This document shows positions 38,380 through 47,957 of a DNA stretch of 64,000 nucleotides, piece by piece. The notes below the pieces were generated by a model that saw only the letters and a list, made by a program, of their open reading frames with translations, ran no database searches and was not told the DNA's origin. A program made the position numbers and the translations under genes. The DNA is from an uncultured bacterium (GTDB taxonomy: Bacteria; Chloroflexota; UBA5177; JANWHV01): NCBI GenBank assembly GCA_963729625.1, contig CAVSOU010000011.1, positions 320,001 through 384,000 of the forward strand, in the 5' to 3' direction. How positions within the stretch are numbered: the first letter of the stretch is position 1; each line of letters opens with the position of its first letter.

Positions 38380-40284
38380 CTAGCGATTCAACAGAGCGCC
38401 TACGTAGCCGAGCAGATCTCGCGCGCATACGGCACAGTAGTTGTGCTCGGCCATAAGTCGATCCACCACTTCGTTGATCCGGCGGAGCTGCTCTGCATCC
38501 GGCGTCTTCGTCGAAGTCGTGATCTTGATCACGTCCTTCAAGTCGGCGAAGAGCTTCTTCTCGATTGCTTCCTTCAAGCGCTCGTCGCTGGTGTATTCGA
38601 AGGCCTTGCCATGGCGAGCCAGGCTCGCCATGGACATCAAGACACTCTCGCGGAAAGTCTGCTTTGCGTTGTCCGTAACTCCTATCTGCTCTTCGATCGA
38701 ACGCATGAGCTTCTCATCCGCATCGATCGGCTCATCGGTCAACGGGTCCTTGAGCTTTTCTTTCCGGCAGAATGCCTCGACATTGTCGAGGTAGTTGTTG
38801 AGCAGCGTATGCGCGGAATCCTCAAACGCGTAGACAAACGCGCGCTGCACCTCCTTCTTCGCCAGCTCATCGTATTCCCGCCTGGCATCGGCCAGTATGT
38901 TCAGGTACTTCTCGCGCTCGTCCTTGCTGAAGGCGGTGTGCTGATCAAAGCCGTCGCGCAAGGCGCGGAGAGCGTTGATGGGATTGATGCACGTGATGCC
39001 CTGCTTGATCAGCGCGTTGCTGAGGCGATCGATGATGTAGCGCGGCGAGATGCCGTCCATCCCTTCACGCACTGCCTCTTCCTGCAGCTCCCGCACGTCT
39101 TTGAGCTTCCAACCTTCGACTTCCTCCCCGTCATAGAGCTTCATCTTCTTGACGAGGCTCATGTTCGCCTTCTTGGAGGGCTCGAGGCGCGAAAGCACCG
39201 CAAAGGTCGAGGCCACCCGGAGGGTGTGCGGTGCTATGTGCACGTTGCTGATGTTGCTCTGTTGGAGAAGCTTCTGGTAGATTCGCTCTTCCTCGGACAC
39301 ACGAAGGTTGTACGGCACCCGAATGAGGATGATGCGATCCTGCAGCGCCTCGGACTTCGGATTGCCGACGAAGCTCTTGTATTCATTCTCGTTCGTATGC
39401 CCCAGCACGACCTCGTCGGCGTACACCAACGAGAATCGCCCGGTCTTGATGTTCTGCTCCTGGGTCAGCGTCAGCAGCACGTACAGCAGCTTCTCATCCG
39501 CCTTAAGCACTTCGATCAGCTCAACGATGCCGCGGTTGGCCACGTTGAGCTCGCCGTCGAACCGGTATGCGCGTGGATCGGACTCCACGCCGACATCGCC
39601 GATGGTCGAAAGATCGATGGAGCCAACCAGCTCGGAGACGTCCTGGCTCTTGGGATCGCTCGGCACGAACGTACCCAACCCGACGCGGTGCTCGGAGTCG
39701 AACACGACACGCTCCACGGGGACACGGTAGATATCGCCGTCGTACTTGTTTCTCAGGCTAAACGCGCAGGCAGGGCAGAGCGATCCCTCGACGTACAGAC
39801 CGAAATCGCGCAGCAAATCCGCGCGCATCTCGCGCGGTATCAGATGCAGCGGCTCCTCATGCATTGGACAGCCCGTAATGCCGTACAAGGCACCGCGAGT
39901 CGTACGCGTGTAGCGCTCGAGTCCTTCGCGCAGCATGATTGCTATCGTCGACTTGCCGCCACCGACCGGGCCCATGAGGAGCAGGATGCGCTTGCGCGGC
40001 TCCAGTCGGGCGGCCGCGGCGCTGAAATACTCCACGACCTGGGCAATCGGCTTCTCAAGTCCAAACAGCTGTTTCGCGAAGAACTTGTAGCGCGGCTGCC
40101 TGTCTGGACCATCTTCAACGCCATCTTCCATAACCATGTCGTGCACGCGCGCATGTGCAAGCTGCGCGACATGAGGGTTCTTGACCGCTATATCGAGGTA
40201 CTGTTCGAAGGTGCCGGACCAGTTCAGTTCTTTCTGGTGCTGCCGGAACGCTTCGAGGCGGGCACGGACTTCACCAGTGTCCAA
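38380..40284 (-). CDS. prkA: PrkA/YeaG serine protein kinase / AAA+ protein
   Basis: LLMGPVGGGKS Walker A, CPMHEEPL, DPRAY.FDGELNVANRG, REGMDGISPR. Confidence 0.96.
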   Translation of the reverse strand: MDTGEVRARLEAFRQHQKELNWSGTFEQYLDIAVKNPHVAQLAHARVHDMVMEDGVEDGPDRQPRYKFFAKQLFGLEKPIAQVVEYFSAAAARLEPRKRILLLMGPVGGGKSTIAIMLREGLERYTRTTRGALYGITGCPMHEEPLHLIPREMRADLLRDFGLYVEGSLCPACAFSLRNKYDGDIYRVPVERVVFDSEHRVGLGTFVPSDPKSQDVSELVGSIDLSTIGDVGVESDPRAYRFDGELNVANRGIVELIEVLKADEKLLYVLLTLTQEQNIKTGRFSLVYADEVVLGHTNENEYKSFVGNPKSEALQDRIILIRVPYNLRVSEEERIYQKLLQQSNISNVHIAPHTLRVASTFAVLSRLEPSKKANMSLVKKMKLYDGEEVEGWKLKDVRELQEEAVREGMDGISPRYIIDRLSNALIKQGITCINPINALRALRDGFDQHTAFSKDEREKYLNILADARREYDELAKKEVQRAFVYAFEDSAHTLLNNYLDNVEAFCRKEKLKDPLTDEPIDADEKLMRSIEEQIGVTDNAKQTFRESVLMSMASLARHGKAFEYTSDERLKEAIEKKLFADLKDVIKITTSTKTPDAEQLRRINEVVDRLMAEHNYCAVCARDLLGYVGALLNR

Positions 40285-40300
40285 ACTCGTCCACCTTTCT

Positions 40301-40681
40301 TTACTCCAGGTCGAGCGTGATGCGGAGCGCCGAGTCGACCTGGACCATCGCCACCTCGCTCAATTCCCCGAGGTGGTGAACCAGTTGCTCGCGAGCGATT
40401 GCCCGCAGCTGACCGGTCAGGACCACGCTGTCAGACGTCAACCCTCCTTCCGGCGCCGCTACACGCACGTCGCTTGGATACGTCTGGCCCACGGTGGCCG
40501 CGTCGACAATCGGACACACAATGACCACGGCGCTGTGCCGATTGATGGCCTCGCGACTAACCAACACGACCGGCCTGAGAATGGCGAACGGCACGTCGCC
40601 TCGTTCCCATTTCTCCACCAACGCGCGCTCGAGGCGCTGTGCGCCCCCCTGCGACACGAGATACACGGCCCCCCGTTTCAC
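40301..40681 (-). CDS. PemK/MazF-family toxin-like protein (126 aa)
   Basis: MKRGAVYLV...RPVVLVS...N....VIVCP...GGL..DSVVL..QLRAI...L...LG; GTGA overlap with the upstream gene. Confidence 0.85.
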   Translation of the reverse strand: MKRGAVYLVSQGGAQRLERALVEKWERGDVPFAILRPVVLVSREAINRHSAVVIVCPIVDAATVGQTYPSDVRVAAPEGGLTSDSVVLTGQLRAIAREQLVHHLGELSEVAMVQVDSALRITLDLE

Positions 40682-40968
40682 GGCGATCGGTCCCCTGCTT
40701 CCGCTATCTGGTCGTCTTGCCCAGCAAACTCCTGAAGGACCTGCCTGTTCAGCTCCCTGTAGCTCGCGTCGGTCTCCATGGCAGCGAACTGCCTGTCGAT
40801 CAACTCTCGGTCGAGCTGATCCAGATAGTCTGCCAACGCTGTCGTAAACAGCGAGTTCTGATTCTTCGCCAAACCCCTGTCCACAATGTCGCGCGAGCGA
40901 TCCAATAGCTCCCGCGGCAAGTCGACGGTCGTACGAATCCGTGCAGGCTGCTCGATCAGGTGTTTCAC
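40678..40968 (-). CDS. Ribbon-helix-helix antitoxin-like protein
   Basis: RIRTTVDLPRELL beta-strand/helix start and acidic C-terminus; translationally coupled to the MazF-like gene; GGAGGAG RBS before GTG 40968. Confidence 0.75.
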   Translation of the reverse strand: MKHLIEQPARIRTTVDLPRELLDRSRDIVDRGLAKNQNSLFTTALADYLDQLDRELIDRQFAAMETDASYRELNRQVLQEFAGQDDQIAEAGDRSP

Positions 40969-41040
40969 GCTGCGCCACTCCTCCAAAGGTCCTACCTGCT
41001 TTCACCCTACCACGATCTGCAGAACCAGACTATGGACATG

Positions 41041-41061
41041 TTGCTAGCAATTTCGCTAGCA
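41041..41061. promoter_or_regulatory. Possible TA autoregulatory operator
   Basis: Palindrome TTGCTAGCAA followed by a second GCTAGCA 12 nt later, about 75 nt upstream of the antitoxin. Confidence 0.4.
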
Positions 41062-41549
41062 GATCATACCACGCATTCGCCTAGCATGTTCCGCGCGACC
41101 CGGCGCGCCGCCCAGTCGCCCAGCGTGTCAGTGGCCCGGCCAGGCACGGTGGTGGCAAAACGACGACCTAGGTAGAGCTCGAGGCGAGTTCGTAAGGCGA
41201 CGTGCTGTTCAACCCACGGGGACAGGCTGATCGGGATCCGAGTCAACACCCCGCTGATTGATAGTTTCGACGTCGGTTCCGGGCACCGTACCGCCGCGCC
41301 TGGGTCCCCGTTCACGGCCCAGGCTCTCGGGCCTTTTGGCAGCGAGTTTCAGCCTACTAACCCGCAAATTGACGGCGCCCGATATGCACGGCCTGGACGC
41401 GCGTGTCGCTCATCGTCCTGGCGTTCACGGGTGCTGCCATGAATGCAGTGGGGATCAAGACATGACCGGTCGCAAGCGCGGTATGCTGTTCGGGATACGC
41501 ATCGAGCTTGACAACGATTCTAAGGCTGACAGAGAGAAAGTGCAGCGGC

Positions 41550-42338
41550 ATGCCTGAAACGTTCCGAGACATTGTGCCGGCCATCGACGGCTTGGCGATC
41601 GACCGAGGTCTCCGGCTGTGGTGGCTTGGAGGCCCAAGCTACGTGATTCGCAGCCGGACGACCACCGTATACGTCGACCCCTACTACTCGGGGGACCGGG
41701 TGGGTCATCCCCTGGGTTTCGAGCGCGCCATACCGAATTACTTCCTGCCCGAGGACGTGACACGGGCCGATGTGATTATCTCGACGCACAATCACAATGA
41801 CCATTGCGATCAGCACACACTCAGCGTTCTGTGTGAGCACACCGCGGCCCGCATCGTGGCAGCACCATCATCAGCGCGAAAGATGGAAGCATGGCCGTTC
41901 ACCCTGGGCAGAGTGGACGAGTTTCCCCTCGGCACCTGCAAGACCTACGGCGATATCACGATCGAATCCTGGCCGGCAATGGACTGGGACGACGCCGGGG
42001 CGGCAACGTTCGTGCTCGCGCATGGCGGACGCTCAATCTTCGTCGGCGGCGATACGCTACTGTTCGAAGGGCTTGGCGAGGTCGCGGATCAGTATCAGAT
42101 CGACCTTGCAGTGCTCGCGCTCGCGCGAAACAGGCGGGATCTCATCGACGCCGAAGTCTACCTCGACCCGCAGGGGCTTGCCAGGGCGGCCGCGCTGTTG
42201 CGAGCTCGGCGAGTAATGCCCATCCACTGGGACATCTGGAAGGCGTGGGTCGAGGATCCGCGCACGGTGCTGCCGCATCTCGAGGGCACCTGCGTCGACC
42301 TTATCCTGCCCAGACCAGGAGAGCCCGTCGTGCTGTGA
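41550..42338 (+). CDS. MBL-fold metallo-hydrolase (UlaG-like)
   Basis: LWWLGG, VDPY, STHNHNDHCD, GGDT, MPIHWD. Confidence 0.9.
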   Translation: MPETFRDIVPAIDGLAIDRGLRLWWLGGPSYVIRSRTTTVYVDPYYSGDRVGHPLGFERAIPNYFLPEDVTRADVIISTHNHNDHCDQHTLSVLCEHTAARIVAAPSSARKMEAWPFTLGRVDEFPLGTCKTYGDITIESWPAMDWDDAGAATFVLAHGGRSIFVGGDTLLFEGLGEVADQYQIDLAVLALARNRRDLIDAEVYLDPQGLARAAALLRARRVMPIHWDIWKAWVEDPRTVLPHLEGTCVDLILPRPGEPVVL

Positions 42339-42341
42339 GGG

Positions 42342-43355
42342 TCAGGAGGCGATCAGTCTGCCGCGGCGCTCATCCCAGCGCCAGGGTGTGGTGTCTCCGA
42401 CCAGGTGGACACCTCCGAGCCAGCGATCGATGCCACGGTAGGAGATCCAGTCGGCACGAGCAGCCACTACCTGCCGACCCAAATCGGTCAGGGTAACCGA
42501 TTGGCGCAAGAATGCGTCATTGGGCTTGCCATTTGCGGGCAACGCGAACGCCTCACTGTTGCACGTCAGCAGTGGCGCCTTCCCACTCGAGAGTGACACG
42601 AGGATGCTCCACACGATCGCGTCGCCGTGGAACGGGGCAAGCTCGCGTTCTTGCGAGGCAATGAACACTTCAAACGGCGTGTGCATTCCGTCACGCACGA
42701 CCTCGATCAGCTGCTTCTCGGTGCGCGACACGCCGCTATGCAGCAGGGGAAAGTCCTCGAGATGGCGGATCAACGCCGGACGAAGGAACGGCAAGACTCC
42801 GCTATCGCCATGGACGTACGCCTCGAGCTGTTTGGGATCGGACGAGGTGTAAGCTGCCCAGGCGGTGCGAGCTGCCGCAAACTCGTCGGACTTCACTTTT
42901 CTGCGTCGGTCCAGCAGCGGCCGAAGCTGCGCCGGCGTGAGCTGACCCAGCCCCGTGAAGCGCGCGATTCCAGGGTACGACCCGATGCAGATGAGGTAGA
43001 TGGGAAGGTCAGTGCCTCCGTGCTCGGCGAACCAGTCAAGGATCTGGATGAGCTGGAGCTGGTCGCAAAGATCGTGCTCAAACCAGAGAATGATCTGCCC
43101 GTAGGTCGGGGCCTGCGACAGCGTCGAGTCACGGGCCTCGAGCTGGGCCAGAATCGCATCGCGATCCCCGATGCCGATCGCGGCGAGGTACTCGGCGCGT
43201 AGCTGTCGCAGCTCCTCCGCGGACGCAGCCCGCGGCACCGGGCCTGCGTGCAGTACATCGCGCCAGATAACGATCGGCCCCGGAATGCCGGCCTGCCGGA
43301 TTCGTTCCGCTGTACTGTCGCCGTTGGTCACGTGGATTGGCCGAACGCTGCTCAC
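42342..43355 (-). CDS. DUF1835-domain protein
   Basis: IHVTNGDS, WRDVLHAGP, LWFEHDLCDQLQL, RWLGGV. Confidence 0.85.
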   Translation of the reverse strand: MSSVRPIHVTNGDSTAERIRQAGIPGPIVIWRDVLHAGPVPRAASAEELRQLRAEYLAAIGIGDRDAILAQLEARDSTLSQAPTYGQIILWFEHDLCDQLQLIQILDWFAEHGGTDLPIYLICIGSYPGIARFTGLGQLTPAQLRPLLDRRRKVKSDEFAAARTAWAAYTSSDPKQLEAYVHGDSGVLPFLRPALIRHLEDFPLLHSGVSRTEKQLIEVVRDGMHTPFEVFIASQERELAPFHGDAIVWSILVSLSSGKAPLLTCNSEAFALPANGKPNDAFLRQSVTLTDLGRQVVAARADWISYRGIDRWLGGVHLVGDTTPWRWDERRGRLIAS

Positions 43356-44740
43356 TCACCCTCCACTTCCGGAGGCACCTTCACGGGTTCTCCGGACAGC
43401 AGCGCCTCGTCCAACGCTGAGCCAACCAACTCCGGGCTCTCTTCCTCGGGCTGCCCGCTCGAATCCTCACTTTCTATGGTACCTGCCTCCTCGAAAGCGG
43501 GCTGGACAAACGTGCTGACGATGTCGCCGAGAATCTTGGCAATCAGTTCTGGTTGCTCGAGAAATGGCGCATGGCCGCAGTTCTCAAGAGGAGTGACCTG
43601 CGCCGAGGACAGCATGCGCGCCAGGCGTTCCGCGGTAGCGAAAGGAGCAATGCGATCCTGCAGGCCGTGCAAGATCGTCACCGGTGTCTTGACGTATTGA
43701 AGCGTGGGCTCCGGATCCTCCAATAGGAATACGTCGAACATCTTCACCTGAGCGTGGTGCGCTCCGTGCATCATGCGTGAGAGGATCCAGTCGCGGCGGC
43801 TCGCCTCCAAAGGTGCCGCGGTCAGCCGATCGACCAACTGCCCGAAGACCGCAGGCCGATTGCGGAGTAGCGTGGATTGCCACCCGCTAAGAATCGGACC
43901 GTCAAGCTCCAGCTGGTTCCCAACCCAGGTCTGAGCATCCTCCGCGGCAAGCCATGCCGGTATGAAGGGCGAGATGAGAACGACGCGGGACAACCGTTTA
44001 GGGTGATCCTGGGCGTAAGCGAGAGCGACCTCTGCGGCGGTAGACCAGGCGACCAGCGTGACATCGTGCAGGCTTTGCTCGACGATCAAGCGATGCAGAT
44101 CCTGGGCAAGTGTCTGCGTAGAGTAGAAATCCCATGGCCTATCTGAGTCGCCGGTTCCCCGCATGTCGAACGTGACGACACGGTTCCACACGGCCAGCTC
44201 GTAGGGCAGCGGCTCCCAGATCGAGCTGTCAAACGGCCAGCCCTGCATGAGCAGGATCGGCATACCGTAGCCAAGGTCAGCGTATGAGAGATTGAGGGCA
44301 TGCTCGATTTCCACGAGCCCGTTTGGAAGCGGACGGTTGTACGACGGCGTTTCCTCGTATTCGTCTTCACCGGACCACGCCCCCGGAAAGGCGATCGGCT
44401 CCGATCCCGCACCGGCCTCCGACGGATAGTCGGACAGGCTGTCCTGGCCCACGGTGCGCGGCTCGCTATCGTACGGTTCCTGCGTAGTCTCCGCAGCCGC
44501 CACGGGCACCGGTGGTTCGTGCGATACGTCCATCTTTCGCAGCACCTCACGGGTGACCGTCAGCACAACGGTGCCATTCTCAACATGGTCGACAGTGCCA
44601 AGGGGAAGATACATGTCCCTCACCCACAGCACGCCCCGGCTGACCAGTATGAAATGATCGTGCACCTCTGTAACATCGCCAACGCGTTTTCTGTCCGCGC
44701 TGAACACCGGCCAGCCCCGTCCGATCTGCATGTCGCTCAT
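43352..44740 (-). CDS. Alpha/beta hydrolase (non-heme haloperoxidase-like) with N-terminal DUF2171/PRC-barrel-like domain
   Basis: N-terminal GWPVFSADRKRVGDVTEV...YLPL; acidic linker; QGWP, FDMRGTGDSDRP, AWSTA nucleophile elbow, HGLQD, GHAP. Confidence 0.85.
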   Translation of the reverse strand: MSDMQIGRGWPVFSADRKRVGDVTEVHDHFILVSRGVLWVRDMYLPLGTVDHVENGTVVLTVTREVLRKMDVSHEPPVPVAAAETTQEPYDSEPRTVGQDSLSDYPSEAGAGSEPIAFPGAWSGEDEYEETPSYNRPLPNGLVEIEHALNLSYADLGYGMPILLMQGWPFDSSIWEPLPYELAVWNRVVTFDMRGTGDSDRPWDFYSTQTLAQDLHRLIVEQSLHDVTLVAWSTAAEVALAYAQDHPKRLSRVVLISPFIPAWLAAEDAQTWVGNQLELDGPILSGWQSTLLRNRPAVFGQLVDRLTAAPLEASRRDWILSRMMHGAHHAQVKMFDVFLLEDPEPTLQYVKTPVTILHGLQDRIAPFATAERLARMLSSAQVTPLENCGHAPFLEQPELIAKILGDIVSTFVQPAFEEAGTIESEDSSGQPEEESPELVGSALDEALLSGEPVKVPPEVEGE

Positions 44741-44773
44741 TACGTTCCCTATCATGGTGCGCGCCAAGCACGC

Positions 44774-45667
44774 TTATTTGGAGTAATACAGGATAATCAA
44801 GCCGATAACGTTGTTCAACATGTGTGCCGTCATATTGGTCAAAGGGTTGCCCGTTCTGGAGTAACCATATGCCAAAACGGCGCCGATCACGATCAGTCCG
44901 ACAAACTCCCACGTCACTCCCCCCAAAAGATGGAGCGCACCGAATGTCACCGATGAACAGACCATCCCGCTGGCGAATCCATAGCGTACCGACATAGCGC
45001 GAAACACGTAACCGCGAAAGAAGGTCTCCTCCACGATCGGAGCGATGACGGCGGCCGCCAGAACAAACGGCATGAACGTCACCAGAGACGCGTGATGCAC
45101 CGACGTGAGCTCGGTCTCCTGGCCGCTCGTATTGAGGCCAGCGCCATGCACGATATACACGACCACATCGCCAAGGATCAGCGCTATCACACCCAACCCT
45201 ATGCCAGCGGCACACGCTCGAATCGGACGGTCTCGCAGTGCCGGGCCAAATCCCAGGTCGGCCCAGGACATGGTGCGCGGACCTACCACGCGCACATAGA
45301 GCACTAACAGGATCCCGGCCGCAGTGACGAACTCCCCAACTGCCAGTCCGGTAGGCGACGTCACCCAATCCTTTGCCGAGTTGTATACGGCCGTCGTGGC
45401 ATCGTTTGTGGCGAGACCCCTGGAGAAGTCGCGGTCGTGCACGGCGATGATTGCCACGCTCGCCGCGAGAAGCACCAGCGACAGGATCACTTCCACGACC
45501 AGCAGCAGAATCAGATCGACAAGCACCACTGGCCAGGTTCCCAGCATGCGCAGCCGTTGCACGTCTCGCGGATCATCCGCCCGTGCAAGGCGCGACTCGT
45601 ACGCTACCTTCCACTGCTCGACCACGCGGTCACCGGTATCGTGCTGCTGATGCGGCACCCCGATCAT
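44774..45667 (-). CDS. CPBP (CAAX/Abi) family intramembrane metalloprotease
   Basis: APIVEETFFRG, FGALH, HMLNN; ATGA overlap with the rnhB stop. Confidence 0.92.
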   Translation of the reverse strand: MIGVPHQQHDTGDRVVEQWKVAYESRLARADDPRDVQRLRMLGTWPVVLVDLILLLVVEVILSLVLLAASVAIIAVHDRDFSRGLATNDATTAVYNSAKDWVTSPTGLAVGEFVTAAGILLVLYVRVVGPRTMSWADLGFGPALRDRPIRACAAGIGLGVIALILGDVVVYIVHGAGLNTSGQETELTSVHHASLVTFMPFVLAAAVIAPIVEETFFRGYVFRAMSVRYGFASGMVCSSVTFGALHLLGGVTWEFVGLIVIGAVLAYGYSRTGNPLTNMTAHMLNNVIGLIILYYSK

Positions 45668-46272
45668 TCGCCAATGCCCGTCTCGAAAAGACGCCGCAAG
45701 AAGAGCGTTCGGTGGTGCGGGCACGGTCCGAACGAGAGAATCGCGTCACGATGCTCAGTTGTAGCGTATCCGGCGTTGTGGCTCCACCCATAGCAAGGGT
45801 AATGGTCGTGAAGCGAAGCCATCAAATGGTCTCGGCAGACTTTTGCGATAATGGACGCAGCCGCGATAGCCGGTTCCCGGGCGTCGCCATCGCATATGCA
45901 TACGACGACACTGCCTGCGGGTGCCAACCCATGGAGACGGAGATTGCCGTCGACGAGGTACCGCCTTGCCCGAGAGCGGGACATAAGCCTGCCGAAGATC
46001 ATGCGATTCGCCCACCCTATCCCAAGCGCATTGATCGCTTGCACTCCAACCACTTCGACCGCGATCCGCACCGCGTGCTCGCCAATCCAGTCGGCGGCCA
46101 TTTCCCTCTGTTCGGGCAGCAGACTCTTTGAGTCCGTCAGTCGGATTCCGGCTGGCGGCACAAGTCCATCAGGCCATATGACCGCAGCCGCAACCAGCGG
46201 ACCGGCGAGAGCCCCACGCCCGACTTCATCCATTGCCGCGCACGACTGCCGTTCATCGTCTTCCATCTTCAC
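45664..46272 (-). CDS. rnhB: Ribonuclease HII
   Basis: DEVGRGALAGPLV, DSK, VDGN, GD...IAAASIIAKV.RD, GY.T..H, HR. Confidence 0.95.
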   Translation of the reverse strand: MKMEDDERQSCAAMDEVGRGALAGPLVAAAVIWPDGLVPPAGIRLTDSKSLLPEQREMAADWIGEHAVRIAVEVVGVQAINALGIGWANRMIFGRLMSRSRARRYLVDGNLRLHGLAPAGSVVVCICDGDAREPAIAAASIIAKVCRDHLMASLHDHYPCYGWSHNAGYATTEHRDAILSFGPCPHHRTLFLRRLFETGIGE

Positions 46273-46371
46273 CTGGTCACCCGCATAACTGCCGTGGGAA
46301 CACAGACCTTGGCCAAAGGCTTCTCCCGACGCCGCGCAGACATCCAGCGGGAGAGCTCACGCACTTGGAAA

Positions 46372-46971
46372 TCAACTGAAGGTGCACGCGATGGCCAGCG
46401 CACTCCGCAATCGCTCCAGGTATTGGGCTCCTGGAATGAGTGTAGCGCCGAGACTCGCCATGTGAGCGGTGACCATCTGCGTGTCGTGCAGGAGGTAGCC
46501 GCGCTCCCTCAGACGTTCGACCAGTGCCACCAAGCACACCTTTGAAGCGTTAGGCACGCCGGTGAACATGCTCTCACCCATGAATGCCCCACCAATGGAT
46601 ACGCCGTAGAGCCCGCCCACGAGCTCATCGCCCTGCCAAGCTTCCACGCTGTGGGCGAAGCCGTGCCTGTGTAAGACGGTGTAGGCCCTGACAAGTTCCT
46701 CGCTGATCCACGTGCCTTCCGAGTCTCCCCGGGGCGCCGCACAGGCTCGCATCACACACTCGAACGCGGTGTCAAATCGCACCGCGAAGATGCTCCGGCG
46801 GATGATCGCATGAAGAGTCCGGCTGACGCGCAGGTCACGGTGCTCGAGAATGCCGCGAGGATCGGCCGAGTACCAGCCGATTTGCCCCAACTCGTCGGCC
46901 ATGGGAAAGATGCCTTGCGCATACGCTTCGAGCAGGAAGGCTGGATCGAGTTGCTCAGGCAGGCCGGCCAT
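46372..46971 (-). CDS. aat: Leucyl/phenylalanyl-tRNA--protein transferase
   Basis: AYAQGIFPM, TWIS, AHSVEAW, LVGGLYGV, GESMF, ASKV, DTQ. Confidence 0.95.
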   Translation of the reverse strand: MAGLPEQLDPAFLLEAYAQGIFPMADELGQIGWYSADPRGILEHRDLRVSRTLHAIIRRSIFAVRFDTAFECVMRACAAPRGDSEGTWISEELVRAYTVLHRHGFAHSVEAWQGDELVGGLYGVSIGGAFMGESMFTGVPNASKVCLVALVERLRERGYLLHDTQMVTAHMASLGATLIPGAQYLERLRSALAIACTFS

Positions 46972-46973
46972 GG

Positions 46974-47957
46974 TTACGGCTTGTCACGCATGACGCCGAC
47001 TGGCGTGTTGAGCAGATCGGCATCGTGCGCCTGCTGCAGTGCCTCGATCGCCGTGGGCGCGCCGCCCTCCGTAGGTATTCTCTGATCTCTCAGCGTGCGG
47101 GTGAGATCGTAGCGCCAGTATCCGATGCCCATGTGCAGAGCGTTGACCTGGGCGCCGACGAGCAAGACGACCGAAAAGAACCAGAACCAGGTAATCGCAA
47201 TGATCGCCGTGGCCAGCGCGGCCGTGCCATACTGCTTGGTTCCCAGGAAATGGGCGGCGTAGACGGGAAACGCGATGTTCACGACAGTCATTGCCGCCGC
47301 CGCGATCAGAGCCCCGCGCCATGCGTAGCGCCAACGAATCGGCAGGTTGGGCACGATCATGTAAATGATCAGGAAGAGTACGAACAGGGCAGCGAAGCTC
47401 GTGCCCATGCCGACGATCTCCGCTAGCGGACCATTCATGTACGCGGGGAGTATTCTGCCCAGCGTCGTTGTCCCCGCACTCACCAGGAAGGTCGAGACAA
47501 ACGACACCGGCAGGAGAATGGCGAACACGACGATCATCAAGATCGACATTGCCTTCTGCGGAATGATGTCACGCGTCTTGACCCTGAAGATAATGGCGAA
47601 GGCGCTCTCGATGGAGCCGAACAGGTTGCTTCCTCCCCACAGAAGCCCGACCACGCTGATAACTGTCAGCAGGGCCGAACGATCGTTGACCTGGGCAATC
47701 AGGCGGCTCACGTCGATCTGCGACTGAATATCCGACGGCAGGATGAGATTAAGCTGCCTTGCCACGTCTTGCCGGCTTCCGGCCATGTTTGGAACGGCGG
47801 CGAGCAGCGTGATTACCGCGAGTGCGAGCGGAAAGAACGAAGTGAGCGCATTGTAGGCCACCATGGCGGCCAGGTTCAGCGTCCAGTCGTTGTTGAACTT
47901 GTTGAATGCACGCAGTGCCTGTCTCTTGCCTTCTCTTGCGTCACGTGCGATGCCCAT
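46974..47957 (-). CDS. YihY/virulence factor BrkB family membrane protein
   Basis: AAMVAYNALTSFFP, LLWGGS, Y..VPN, W....LLVGAQVNA; GGAGG RBS before ATG 47957. Confidence 0.9.
   Translation of the reverse strand: MGIARDAREGKRQALRAFNKFNNDWTLNLAAMVAYNALTSFFPLALAVITLLAAVPNMAGSRQDVARQLNLILPSDIQSQIDVSRLIAQVNDRSALLTVISVVGLLWGGSNLFGSIESAFAIIFRVKTRDIIPQKAMSILMIVVFAILLPVSFVSTFLVSAGTTTLGRILPAYMNGPLAEIVGMGTSFAALFVLFLIIYMIVPNLPIRWRYAWRGALIAAAAMTVVNIAFPVYAAHFLGTKQYGTAALATAIIAITWFWFFSVVLLVGAQVNALHMGIGYWRYDLTRTLRDQRIPTEGGAPTAIEALQQAHDADLLNTPVGVMRDKP

Noticed and set aside
40682-41005. 234-aa version of the MazF ORF
   Set aside because: The extension overlaps the antitoxin in another frame; the coupled GTG at 40681 gives a normal-sized PemK protein.
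44774-45667. 'Abi'-family protein as an abortive-infection system
   Set aside because: It is a CPBP/CAAX intramembrane protease coupled to rnhB; the Abi label does not imply phage defence.
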